Shown here one piece after another: positions 9,125-19,123 of a stretch of 64,000 nucleotides of DNA. The position numbers were made by a program, and so were the translations under genes. The stretch is from a virus (Duplodnaviria; Caudoviricetes), in the IMG/VR virus record IMGVR_UViG_3300046786_000304, positions 32,001 to 96,000 of that record, one strand, 5' to 3'. The number at the start of each line of letters is the position of its first letter. The stretch's first letter is position 1. The notes beneath the pieces are model-generated. The model ran no database searches. It was not told where the DNA came from and worked only from the letters and a program-made list of their open reading frames with translations.

Positions 9125-10628
9125 AAAATATATCAACGCATTAGTTACAGATAAAAGTAACATTGGCATGGACCCAATAGTGCGTGAAAGTTTGTTGACT
9201 TTCTATAGAAGAAATTTATGGATCGATAGCGTAGTAAATAATCCGATTCGTTCAGTTACATTACCTACAGAAGATGAATGTATTTCTGTGGCAGCAGATG
9301 GGTTAGACATTGAATTTGATTATTTAATTCTAACTTGGGAAGGAAATTTCTTTGATATCTATAGATATCATCATGAATGTATTGCCGCTATAGATGCTAT
9401 AGAAAATGACACAAACGGCAATTGGCTAGTAGCTGGCCATATCATGGATCAGGAACAAAACAGAATATTTAATCATGATCCAAGTTCTGCCGAGTGGAAG
9501 AATAGTTTTTGGTTATTCCCTATTACTGCGTTAATTAATTTAAAGAAATGGAAAGAACTTGGCAGGCCATTATGGGGATCAGAAATGGGCAAAGAATTAA
9601 TCGAACTAGTAACTGCTGTGCCATCCACAGATTGTGTGCATGATAATTACACTCCGTTGTCCGTAACATCAGGAGAAGGAACAAAGCAGACACGTGTTAA
9701 AAAGGGATGGAATTTCGTTAATGAAAGTTTAAAAGCAAATCTTCCTGTATTAAATTTACCTAAAAATGTTAGAGAGTTTCAAAATTACTTGTATCCCGAA
9801 AACAATATCAAACTTTTCAATGATTTCTGGCATTCATTATATAACATGCCTAAGGTAACATCTCAATACAGAAAAGTGTTAGAATCAGTGATTACTAGCA
9901 AATACGAACGACGCATTAAAGATTCTACATGGCAATGTTTCATTAGAAACACCGAAGATTATTATCCTGTCGAACACAAGCATAATTCATCGAATATTGA
10001 TTGGACTAGTATAGAAACTATAATGCTTCCATGTAGCGGATTTAAAGATTTTATACTCGCTATGGGTTTTAAGGGTGCGAAGAAGAAACTTAATATAATA
10101 CATTTTGATATTATTCCACAATGCGTTAAGATTCGACAACTTCTGATAGAACAGTGGGATGGACAAAGAAGTACGTTTAGTAAAACTTTGTTAGAAATTG
10201 GAAAATATTTCACCGTCGGACCGCCCGGAGATGTTTATCATATGAACTCAATGAAGACTCTGGAAGAAGCTTATGATCATATGTTACAGTTTTTTGGTAG
10301 CGAAGACAATTTAGAAAGATGCTGGAAAGAATTCCAAGCCTGTGATCATCGTTATGTAGCGGCAGATATGTTGTCAGACCCATGGATGGCAACAAAATTT
10401 GTCCAAGGTGATAAAAAGATTTATGTATGCCTTAGCGACATTGCCGGTTGGCGTAATAATCTTATAGCATATGGTTATAGATCTTTGCGTGACGACATTA
10501 TAAATTGTGTTAAAAATTTAAAAGCAAAGGGTCATGATGGATTAATAGATTATAAAGATCCTGCCACTGATTTGCAATTTTGGCACACGTTTGACGATGC
10601 TATAGCATACTTAGAAAAGAATTTGTAA
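9117..10628 (+). CDS. Two-domain hypothetical protein (possible transferase)
   Basis: Long ORF. Start placed at MSKKY (9117), overlapping the upstream stop. C-terminal half contains a 'FD..WDG' segment also seen in the next protein. Confidence 0.6.
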   Translation: MSKKYINALVTDKSNIGMDPIVRESLLTFYRRNLWIDSVVNNPIRSVTLPTEDECISVAADGLDIEFDYLILTWEGNFFDIYRYHHECIAAIDAIENDTNGNWLVAGHIMDQEQNRIFNHDPSSAEWKNSFWLFPITALINLKKWKELGRPLWGSEMGKELIELVTAVPSTDCVHDNYTPLSVTSGEGTKQTRVKKGWNFVNESLKANLPVLNLPKNVREFQNYLYPENNIKLFNDFWHSLYNMPKVTSQYRKVLESVITSKYERRIKDSTWQCFIRNTEDYYPVEHKHNSSNIDWTSIETIMLPCSGFKDFILAMGFKGAKKKLNIIHFDIIPQCVKIRQLLIEQWDGQRSTFSKTLLEIGKYFTVGPPGDVYHMNSMKTLEEAYDHMLQFFGSEDNLERCWKEFQACDHRYVAADMLSDPWMATKFVQGDKKIYVCLSDIAGWRNNLIAYGYRSLRDDIINCVKNLKAKGHDGLIDYKDPATDLQFWHTFDDAIAYLEKNL

Positions 10629-12688
10629 TGAGCAAACCTTATAAAATTTTAACAGAAGATATTATTTTAAAAGAAAAAGGAAGTTTAAATAATTCCTTTA
10701 AGCGTTATATAGGGCCAGCTGATAGTGTCTTTTCGTTGTTTGCAAGAAGCATGGGATACCGAGACTTTCCAAAAGAAGGTATGCCTGCTATGAATAATTA
10801 TGAGTTTGTAGTCTATGATAAACATAAAGAAAATATCGATATGTTTAAGCACATGTTAGAATGGGACGGCGATTCTGACGAGTCGGACAATTTTCAAAAC
10901 TTCGACGATCACTATGCTACTGGTAAATTAAAATATAAAATTAAAAACTTTCATTTCCCACGAAAACCTTTATTAGGTAGAATGCAAAAACATGGCTTTA
11001 GAGATTTTAAAGTTATGTGGGATATTTTTAGAAAAAGTAAATTTACATTTATTAATATCGATGTTATCCGTGATAACGGCAACTTCTGTAAATTTTTACA
11101 TGAATTACCTGAAATCGATATTCATTCTAGACAATTTGTTAAATTAGATTTTAACAAGAATGACTATAATTCTAAGATTTACACCAATGCTATTAATCAT
11201 ATACTACATGTGCTATGGATGAAAAGCCTTAAAGGTTATCAGAGTCTAGTAGAATTAATGGACGATGATGGCCAATCATACGAAGACTTTGCGGGCAAAA
11301 TATACGCAAAATTAAATCCAACGTTTTGCGTATTGCCATGGATGCATATTCAATATAAGCCCACAGGACAAAGTAAATTGTGCTGTAGGTATGATACTGT
11401 ACAAGAATTTAAAGAATACGAAAAAGATAAAACTCTAACAAATTTAAGTCAACTTGTGCCTGAACGTCTTAATTTAGTTATACAAAAGACTACCATGGAA
11501 AATAGTTTCCAAAGTAACTATTGGGACAATGCCAGAACATTAACTTTAGAAAATAAACCATTAAGCGGATGTCATAAGTGTTATAAAGAAGAACAAGTAT
11601 CCGGAGAAATATCAACGTCAATGAGACTAGGATCTAGCGTATTGTATAATGGCGGTTACTTACACAAAAAGCCCGGCTTGGACAAACCCATTATTAAATT
11701 CCTGGAAGTTGGTTTTGGTAATTATTGTAACCTGGCTTGTTTGACTTGTAATAGTACATTAAGTACATCATGGCACAACGATGAAATTAAATTAAATGAA
11801 ATCGCCGAAAAGTCTTTACAACGTCCAGTATTCCCTAAACTAGACAATATCAGATTCGAACCCAATGAAGAAACATTAAGTACTTTAGAATTAATTAAAT
11901 TTACAGGCGGCGAGCCTATGATTAATCCTGAGTTTATTAAATTCATTGACCTAGTCTGTGAAAAAGGTCATCCTGAAAGAATGAGCTTAGAGATTTATAC
12001 AAATTGTAGTTATATACCTAGTCCCAAGCTATTAGAGAATTTGAAGAAGTTCAAAAGCATACAACTTAACCTAAGCATAGATGCATATGGAGCAAAAAAC
12101 GATTATATACGCTATGGCAGTGAATGGCATGGCGAAGGTAAACAAACTGTTAGTAATGCCTTAGAGTTCTGGATGAAACAAGGTTTAGAAAATCAAAACA
12201 TTTATGTTATCATGGCAACTACTATGAGTGTATTAAATGTATTTGATATTCCAGAATTAGTATCTTGGTGGATGGACAAATATAAAAATGCTGGATTTAA
12301 AATCGCACAACGTACATCGTCTCTGCCATCGGAAGTTGAAGGCTTTTACAAATTACAGTTGGCATTTGAACCGTCTTATATTAGTACAAACATACTGCCC
12401 AGAGCGTACTATAGCGAAATCGAAGAATGGATAGCAGACTACGAATCAAACTTTACTACCAGGTATCCTGATTTGGGATTTATTCCACAGTCAATTAACG
12501 CAACATTGAATAAGTTAAAAAATGCTGTTGAACGTAGTAAAGGCAATGTCAATGATGCTAAACAATTTTTAAGCTATTTAGATAAGATGGATAAGATTAG
12601 AGGAAACTCTGCAGAACAAAGTATCCCTAAAATTGTTAGTAAGGTTAAAGAATACTTGCTAGCTCAGGATAAACCTCAGCAAAGCTAG
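10628..12688 (+). CDS. Fusion: unknown N-terminal domain + SPASM/twitch-like domain + radical SAM
   Basis: About 230-aa N-terminal extension, then FCVLPW..LCC..CHKC, CNLACLTC and TGGEP. Confidence 0.88.
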   Translation: MSKPYKILTEDIILKEKGSLNNSFKRYIGPADSVFSLFARSMGYRDFPKEGMPAMNNYEFVVYDKHKENIDMFKHMLEWDGDSDESDNFQNFDDHYATGKLKYKIKNFHFPRKPLLGRMQKHGFRDFKVMWDIFRKSKFTFINIDVIRDNGNFCKFLHELPEIDIHSRQFVKLDFNKNDYNSKIYTNAINHILHVLWMKSLKGYQSLVELMDDDGQSYEDFAGKIYAKLNPTFCVLPWMHIQYKPTGQSKLCCRYDTVQEFKEYEKDKTLTNLSQLVPERLNLVIQKTTMENSFQSNYWDNARTLTLENKPLSGCHKCYKEEQVSGEISTSMRLGSSVLYNGGYLHKKPGLDKPIIKFLEVGFGNYCNLACLTCNSTLSTSWHNDEIKLNEIAEKSLQRPVFPKLDNIRFEPNEETLSTLELIKFTGGEPMINPEFIKFIDLVCEKGHPERMSLEIYTNCSYIPSPKLLENLKKFKSIQLNLSIDAYGAKNDYIRYGSEWHGEGKQTVSNALEFWMKQGLENQNIYVIMATTMSVLNVFDIPELVSWWMDKYKNAGFKIAQRTSSLPSEVEGFYKLQLAFEPSYISTNILPRAYYSEIEEWIADYESNFTTRYPDLGFIPQSINATLNKLKNAVERSKGNVNDAKQFLSYLDKMDKIRGNSAEQSIPKIVSKVKEYLLAQDKPQQS

Positions 12689-13901
12689 TATCATTCTGTT
12701 TGTCCATGAAGTTAATATATTCCGCAGTTTCCGCAAGGTCTGCGGAGTAGTCTTCTGCGTTCATGTAATTAATTACATAATCGCCATAACGAACTATTCT
12801 GCGCTTTTGTTGTTCTTTACGTTTAGCATTATCCCATTGACTGTGAGTCCACAAACTTGGATCATCTAATGTCAATTTAAATTCAGTCCAGTCTTGGGTA
12901 ATCTTTGCTTTGATATCAGCAGGTAATACTTTTGGATTAATAGCTCTAGGATATTGTACAAGACTTGTATGAAACAATCCGCCGGCAGCATTAACAAACT
13001 TAACAATGTCAACTAATCTACTGATATTGTAAATGCTAACAGTTGTAGTTAGACTCATTTCAATGTTAGTCAATGCGTGTAGCTTTTGTACATTTTCTAC
13101 AACCTTATTAATGTCGCCATTGGTTCTAAAGTAACTGAATGTCGAATCGTCGCCGTCAATGCTCACACGTAGGATAATCTTTTTAAACTTAGGCCAATGA
13201 TCCAATACATTATAGTAACCTAAGCCCAGTGCTACTAGATTGCTGTTATAACTTAGCGTGATGTTATGTGCGTGTTCAGCCATAGCATCTATCATTTCCC
13301 AATGACGTTTTTGTTGTAAAGGTTCACCGCCAGCAATCAATACTTCGCGTAAATGCGGAATAGCATTTTTAAACTCTTCAAAACTGCGTTCAGGTAAGCT
13401 GATATGTTTACGCTCTAAACGCCCCGCTCCCCATTTAGTAAAGAACTTTTTAACTTCATCATCTTTAAATGCTAGTACTTCCCATTGACTGCTATAAGTA
13501 GGACTACAATGTCTACATCGTAGATTACAAGTATTGTCAAAGCGAATTTCAATGCTTTGAGGCTCATAGGGCATTGAATAGTCTTCTGCGACTTTACTTA
13601 CTACTTCTTCAAAGTCTATTTTGTAAGTATCTTTATATGTTTCATTACAAGTTTGACGAGTACTAGCTACGCCACTATCTTCAAAGTCCCAGCAACTACG
13701 GCAACCATTAGGACGTTCATCATTTAATACAGCACGACGAAGTTCTCGAGTTTCGTTGCTGTTCCAGATCTCACTTAAAGTTTGACTGCGATAGTCTCCG
13801 ATACGATCCGGATAACGCCAGCAAGCACCCACTTTGCCTTCGTGTTTAATGTTCTGATGTATAAAGGGCATTATGCAAAATGTCTTGCTGTTAGTATTCA
13901 T
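12645..13901 (-). CDS. Radical SAM protein with N-terminal SPASM/twitch-like domain
   Basis: FCIMPF..ACW..CRSC, CNLRCRHC and AGGEP motifs. Confidence 0.9.
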   Translation of the reverse strand: MNTNSKTFCIMPFIHQNIKHEGKVGACWRYPDRIGDYRSQTLSEIWNSNETRELRRAVLNDERPNGCRSCWDFEDSGVASTRQTCNETYKDTYKIDFEEVVSKVAEDYSMPYEPQSIEIRFDNTCNLRCRHCSPTYSSQWEVLAFKDDEVKKFFTKWGAGRLERKHISLPERSFEEFKNAIPHLREVLIAGGEPLQQKRHWEMIDAMAEHAHNITLSYNSNLVALGLGYYNVLDHWPKFKKIILRVSIDGDDSTFSYFRTNGDINKVVENVQKLHALTNIEMSLTTTVSIYNISRLVDIVKFVNAAGGLFHTSLVQYPRAINPKVLPADIKAKITQDWTEFKLTLDDPSLWTHSQWDNAKRKEQQKRRIVRYGDYVINYMNAEDYSADLAETAEYINFMDKQNDTSFAEVYPELASIL

Positions 13902-14959
13902 TTTTTTAATATGTTTTCTTTGTTTAACTTATCATTGACATAAAGAGTTGTGTTTTCTTGACTGCCGCATGTATTCAAACAAGTAATAAGATTTCCATTT
14001 TCCACTGTATCATTCCATTTGGAACTTATATTATACTGTTTATTTAAAACGTAGTCAACTGAATGCAAGTTCAAATCAAAATCTTCAAGGTTGTAATTTT
14101 TTCTTAGACTCCATGTACCCGGACTATCATGAGTATGCGTACCCAAATAACAACATGGCATTAATAATCCATTTGCTGCCAAGTATACTTCGCTTCTTTC
14201 TAAACTTTTACATGTTATTTTGTTTTTGTTTAATACCAAATAATTATTAATATTAAAATCGTATAGTGTAATTGGCGAATGTTCTTCTTTGCCAACATTG
14301 GTATGTCTGTATTGTTCTTGTAACGGAGGTTCCAATGTGTCAACATGTTCTCCGTCTACCATTACTTTAAAATCTTTTTTGCCTCTAAACTTTTGAGTAA
14401 CTTTAAGTCTAAATTTAACACCCAGATCTTTTGCCAATTGTCTAGCAGTATCAATTTGATGTTCATTATGCTTAAACGCTATGAAGTTCCATTGTGCGTT
14501 TCCACCTGCTTCCGCAAAAGCTTTTATATTGGCATATACTTTGTCGTACTTTACGCCTATTCTATATTTTTCCAATGTTTCATTGCTAGTACCGTCTAGC
14601 GCAAAATTAATAAGCACATAGGGTCGAGCAAGGCTAGCCCACCAGTCTTCACTGCGATAGCCTCCGTTCGTGTCTATACTAACACCTTGGCACCCGTTGT
14701 CCATTAAATAATTTACATATTCGGGCAGTGATTTATTCAAACAAGGATCGCCATAAACTCCGCTAAAATACACATGGAACAATTGACTTGTAAATTCTGG
14801 TGTAAACAATTTATAAAAAATTTCCGGAGTTAAATCGCCTTCAACTAAATCCGGTTGGATATGACCCATGCCAGTATATCTACTGCACATCGGGCAACGA
14901 CTGTTACAGCGACTACTAGCTTCAACGTGAACTATTTTGATATTTTCTTTTGCTATCAT
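13898..14959 (-). CDS. Radical SAM protein with C-terminal SPASM/twitch domain
   Basis: CNSRCPMC and GVYGDP motifs; C-terminal C..MPCC..CLNTC. Confidence 0.9.
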   Translation of the reverse strand: MIAKENIKIVHVEASSRCNSRCPMCSRYTGMGHIQPDLVEGDLTPEIFYKLFTPEFTSQLFHVYFSGVYGDPCLNKSLPEYVNYLMDNGCQGVSIDTNGGYRSEDWWASLARPYVLINFALDGTSNETLEKYRIGVKYDKVYANIKAFAEAGGNAQWNFIAFKHNEHQIDTARQLAKDLGVKFRLKVTQKFRGKKDFKVMVDGEHVDTLEPPLQEQYRHTNVGKEEHSPITLYDFNINNYLVLNKNKITCKSLERSEVYLAANGLLMPCCYLGTHTHDSPGTWSLRKNYNLEDFDLNLHSVDYVLNKQYNISSKWNDTVENGNLITCLNTCGSQENTTLYVNDKLNKENILKK

Positions 14960-15777
14960 TTTTTAATCGTAGTCATCATTGACAGTCCGCATTTCATTGT
15001 TACTTTATTTTTTGGAAAGTTAATACCAGTATGTGCTTGGCAGCGGTCAAATACAATAATGCCGCCACGCTTCCAATTATACACGCCTTCTAATTCAAAG
15101 CCATCTAACCATTCGCGTTTGAAATGACTAAAGTACTTTTGATATGTTTCATCGTCTATGGTCTTTTTATTCCAATCAACATCCCATACTGTGCCATCAC
15201 GATGATAGCAAGGCATTCCACGATAATCACTGATAGTATAAAACACGTTTGTTTCGTATTGCGGACTATTCTTAGCAAAATTTGTTCCGTACATTAGAAA
15301 TCTATTCTTAAAGATAGCTGTGCCGCACATGGGATTTTCTTCTTCTCTGTTAGTGTGACATACCCATAATGGGATAATAAACTGCTTACCAGGAACACTG
15401 TCGCTGTCCTTTAATGTGTTTGGATTGCCTGTGTCGATATGTAAGTTATAAGGTGTGGCTGTAATTAAGAAGTTACCTTCCCAAATTGTTTCGTTGGTTA
15501 ATTCAGGGATAACGGCTTTTAGTTTATCAAAAAACTTGTCTTGTATACGTTTGTTATCGACATTGAAATGTAATGTTCCGTTACGCTTGACTCTTCTACT
15601 ACGATGTTCACGATGCATTAAATCTTCTAACCAAATTAATTCTTCTTCATCAAATACGTTATCCACGGCATAGCTGGAATCGCTCCATGTGCTCATCCAT
15701 TTAGGATGTTCTGCTGGATCCACTGGAATAAATTGTTTTACTAGATTATCGCCAGGTACATACTCTAAGTTACTCAT
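14956..15777 (-). CDS. Putative 2OG-Fe(II) oxygenase
   Basis: LHID (HxD) and distal FDRCQAHTG His motif, consistent with a DSBH facial triad. Confidence 0.6.
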   Translation of the reverse strand: MSNLEYVPGDNLVKQFIPVDPAEHPKWMSTWSDSSYAVDNVFDEEELIWLEDLMHREHRSRRVKRNGTLHFNVDNKRIQDKFFDKLKAVIPELTNETIWEGNFLITATPYNLHIDTGNPNTLKDSDSVPGKQFIIPLWVCHTNREEENPMCGTAIFKNRFLMYGTNFAKNSPQYETNVFYTISDYRGMPCYHRDGTVWDVDWNKKTIDDETYQKYFSHFKREWLDGFELEGVYNWKRGGIIVFDRCQAHTGINFPKNKVTMKCGLSMMTTIKK

Positions 15778-16514
15778 TGCTTGTCCTTTAGTTGTTTATA
15801 TATATAGTCAGCTAATGCTTGATTAGCGTCATGATCAAAATGACCGCAAGAACCACGTTTAAAACTTTGTAACATCCAATCTATGGCATTCATTTTAGGT
15901 TTTTTATCTTCTAAGAAATTTATCATTGGTATTTTAAAACCAAGCTGTTCTTCTTCGATTGTCCCGGGCGTACAAATCATTTCCAAAAAATAATGTTCTA
16001 TACCTAACCTACTTAATAACGAACTAATCATTAACACTTTTCGATTAATAATTTCAATATCTGCGCTATTGTGGCTATACAAAGAATAATAATATTCTAA
16101 AAATTGCTTACGTCTTTTATCAACCCAATCGGCATTATCCTCAAGCTTCCATACACCTTCTGACATGTAACCCCAATCCGAGTTAACTTGTTCTTGTTTG
16201 TGTATTTCGTCTTGGCTTAAATTTAACATATTAACGGTTTCAAATCTAGATAATTCTGTTATTGTAAAAATAATAATCGAATTTTTTAAATTATCTGGAT
16301 TTTCTTTAAGGTACCTTAATAGAACTCTTTCGGATCTATAATTACTACCTCCAGGTAAGGATAAGTTGACACTATCTTTAAAATTGCCAATACGTTCTAA
16401 TTTTTTAACCCAGCTACGTTCTATACAATCATTATTGCCTAAGAAATATTCGTTATTGTAATCTCCAGCAGTATGACTACAGCCCACGCCTATTAAAATT
16501 TTATCCTCAAACAT
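15774..16514 (-). CDS. SGNH/GDSL-like protein
   Basis: GVGCSHTAG, NLSLPGGSN and C-terminal CGHFD motifs. Confidence 0.6.
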   Translation of the reverse strand: MFEDKILIGVGCSHTAGDYNNEYFLGNNDCIERSWVKKLERIGNFKDSVNLSLPGGSNYRSERVLLRYLKENPDNLKNSIIIFTITELSRFETVNMLNLSQDEIHKQEQVNSDWGYMSEGVWKLEDNADWVDKRRKQFLEYYYSLYSHNSADIEIINRKVLMISSLLSRLGIEHYFLEMICTPGTIEEEQLGFKIPMINFLEDKKPKMNAIDWMLQSFKRGSCGHFDHDANQALADYIYKQLKDKQ

Positions 16515-17712
16515 TTTTAAATAAATCCTTTAATACAGGAAATGTTTTGTAAAAATCAGTTTTTCTTATTTGATCTTTATGCTCTGTTCTTATCTTTAAT
16601 TTACTAAGCAACTCGTTTGATACTGGAACTTTAATAAGATTTTGCAATAATTTGATTTCATCTATCATAGTCTTTGTATCTTTATTGTCTTGAACTTGTA
16701 ATTCTAGCTGCCAATCGGCATAGTATTTTAACGCTTTTTCTTTAAGATCGTCTGGAAGATTCGCTGATCTGTAATAGTCTTTGCCATGTACTTGCATAAA
16801 ATGCATACTACCTTCGTTAATAACTCCTTCTTTGACAAAGAAATTATACAATTCCTTGGTATAAAATAAATTAAGAATAGTAACCGCAACACCTAATATT
16901 ATTTTTACATCGGGAGCATTTTTTCTTATGTACTTTAAATTACTAACAGTTTCTTCCCAATTAGCACCATAGCGTATATATTCAAATTGTTCCCATCCAG
17001 CATCTATGCTGACACTAATTCTAACATTTTTAAATTGCTTCCATAGATCAACTATGTTCTTATTACCCAAAGAGATGGTTGTTCCGTTTGTATTGTATCT
17101 TAGTGTAACATCAAATTTTTTATGTTCTATTAATAATTCTAATATTTTATACTGGTCTTTGATTAATAAAGGTTCGCCGCCAGCAAAGTACATTTCTGTA
17201 ACTGTATCAATGTGCTTTTCAAAGTATTTGATAAAATCATCCACGTCGTCGAATGCATTTTTTAAGCCGCCTTCGTTTTCTTCTTCAGCAATCCTGGAAC
17301 TATCCAATGGTTGGCAAATCAGACATTTTAAATTACAAAGATTACTGAATCTAACGTCCCATAAAAACATTTTTTCGTTGTTAATCAATTGTTCTTCGGA
17401 ATCAAAGTTATCTAATAAGTATCCGTATTTTCTATTACTTTCTAATCTGTAAGAATGATTGCCGCCGTAGTACTCGGTATCTTTACACTTATAGCATGAC
17501 TCATGTAATTCGTCTGTGACAAACGATTTTCTAAAATTAGTTAGTGTATCGTTTTTGCTTGAATAAATTTCTTCTATAGAATTGTTTACCAATTTCCCTA
17601 AAACAAAGTGATTCATGCAACAAGGATTGGCCAAGCCATTTTGCCAAATACATGAATGTACAAAAGGTAATATACAAAACCCTTTTTTATTCAAAAGTTC
17701 CTGAGAATCCAT
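16507..17712 (-). CDS. Radical SAM protein with N-terminal SPASM/twitch-like domain
   Basis: FCILPF..PCC..CYKC, CNLKCLIC and AGGEP motifs. Confidence 0.9.
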   Translation of the reverse strand: MDSQELLNKKGFCILPFVHSCIWQNGLANPCCMNHFVLGKLVNNSIEEIYSSKNDTLTNFRKSFVTDELHESCYKCKDTEYYGGNHSYRLESNRKYGYLLDNFDSEEQLINNEKMFLWDVRFSNLCNLKCLICQPLDSSRIAEEENEGGLKNAFDDVDDFIKYFEKHIDTVTEMYFAGGEPLLIKDQYKILELLIEHKKFDVTLRYNTNGTTISLGNKNIVDLWKQFKNVRISVSIDAGWEQFEYIRYGANWEETVSNLKYIRKNAPDVKIILGVAVTILNLFYTKELYNFFVKEGVINEGSMHFMQVHGKDYYRSANLPDDLKEKALKYYADWQLELQVQDNKDTKTMIDEIKLLQNLIKVPVSNELLSKLKIRTEHKDQIRKTDFYKTFPVLKDLFKNV

Positions 17713-19115
17713 TATATGTCCTTGAAGATATCTTTCATCTCCGGGAAAGTTTCATAGAAACTAGTACCACGTTGCTTGTCTAATAACTCTAAGTATTCTT
17801 TCATTTCTGGTAAGCGAACACTCCAGTCTTCACTTTTAGCAAAGCGGACCATGCCACGAAGCCTATCGATTCCGTAGTCAGCATTTAACCACATCTCTTC
17901 CGTAACTTTACCTTCATGCCACTTTGGCACACCTTTTTGCCAGTTAGCTTTCCACCATGGGATAAACTCTTCGTACTTACGTTCGATTTCGTCTTTGAAC
18001 CATGCTGGCAATATCTTAACATTTAAGTGCGGTGGATGGTAAACAAAGTGATAGTTAATGCCGCCGGCACCAAATGGCCACATGTTAATCTTCTTAAAGC
18101 CATGCTCTAGTTTCCACTTTAAGAACTCTGGAATATAGTAAATATTCAATGCTTGTACAGCACAGGCAATAGTAACTTCTACGTTGTTAGGAGTTTCTTC
18201 GTCTAGCTGTCTAAATGCTTCTAAGTTTCGAGACCACTTGCTAGGATAGCGAATGTAATCGTTTCTATCTTCGATAGCGTCAACACTATAGTGATAACGA
18301 ACTAACTTAAAGTGACTCCACAATTCAAACAAATCTTCACGCCACTCTACTCCATTACTGTTATAACGAATCTCCATGTCCTTGGCATAACCACGCTTAA
18401 TACATTCTTCTAGAATAGCATAGTGTTCTTCAATGATTAAAGGTTCGCCACCGGCAAAGTAAAGCTGTTTCATGTTAGGGATCTGTTCCCATAACTGTTC
18501 CCAGAATTGAGGATTGTTTTTGTGCCAGTTATAGCTAGCACCGTTTTCCTGTCCTTTGTTACCCCATTGCATACTATCTTTTAATACAGGATTCTGTACT
18601 TGTGGATACATCTTTTGCCACTCTGGAATCCATAAGCTACTGTCGTGCGGACTACACATAACACAAGCTAAGTTACATTTAGTACCAAAGCGCATATCAA
18701 TATAAGCGATATGCGGAGGAACACTTCCATCTGGTTGCGTATCAGCAATTAGTTTATCTAAATCAACACGCTGTCGCCAATAAGCAGTTTCCCATTGACG
18801 TTTAGATTTATGTCCTTCGCGTTCTTCTTTGTAGCATTTAACACAGCTAGGGGGTTCTGTACCAGCTAACATGTGCAAACGATTGTTTTTCATATAATCG
18901 TTGTTCCATGAGCTTAAAAAGTCTGTATGATTTAAGTTAGCAGGTTTTCCGTCTGCGTTTTTTAATACACCAACTTCGCCTCCATGGATTTTATCATTTG
19001 TTGGACCTACTGAACTGGCATTAGCAGTACAGCACACACGCATATGGCCATTGGGACGAGTGCTTAAATGTACCCATGGTAGGATACAAAACGTTTTACT
19101 TGGGAGTTCTTTCAT
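17712..19115 (-). CDS. Radical SAM protein with N-terminal SPASM/twitch-like domain
   Basis: FCILPW..VCC..CVKC, CNLACVMC and AGGEP motifs. Confidence 0.92.
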   Translation of the reverse strand: MKELPSKTFCILPWVHLSTRPNGHMRVCCTANASSVGPTNDKIHGGEVGVLKNADGKPANLNHTDFLSSWNNDYMKNNRLHMLAGTEPPSCVKCYKEEREGHKSKRQWETAYWRQRVDLDKLIADTQPDGSVPPHIAYIDMRFGTKCNLACVMCSPHDSSLWIPEWQKMYPQVQNPVLKDSMQWGNKGQENGASYNWHKNNPQFWEQLWEQIPNMKQLYFAGGEPLIIEEHYAILEECIKRGYAKDMEIRYNSNGVEWREDLFELWSHFKLVRYHYSVDAIEDRNDYIRYPSKWSRNLEAFRQLDEETPNNVEVTIACAVQALNIYYIPEFLKWKLEHGFKKINMWPFGAGGINYHFVYHPPHLNVKILPAWFKDEIERKYEEFIPWWKANWQKGVPKWHEGKVTEEMWLNADYGIDRLRGMVRFAKSEDWSVRLPEMKEYLELLDKQRGTSFYETFPEMKDIFKDI

Positions 19116-19123
19116 ATTAATAT

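Noticed and set aside
12721-12746. Hairpin TCCGCA-AGGTC-TGCGGA just past the + strand cassette
   Set aside because: It has no U-tract on either strand and lies within coding sequence; too weak to call a terminator.
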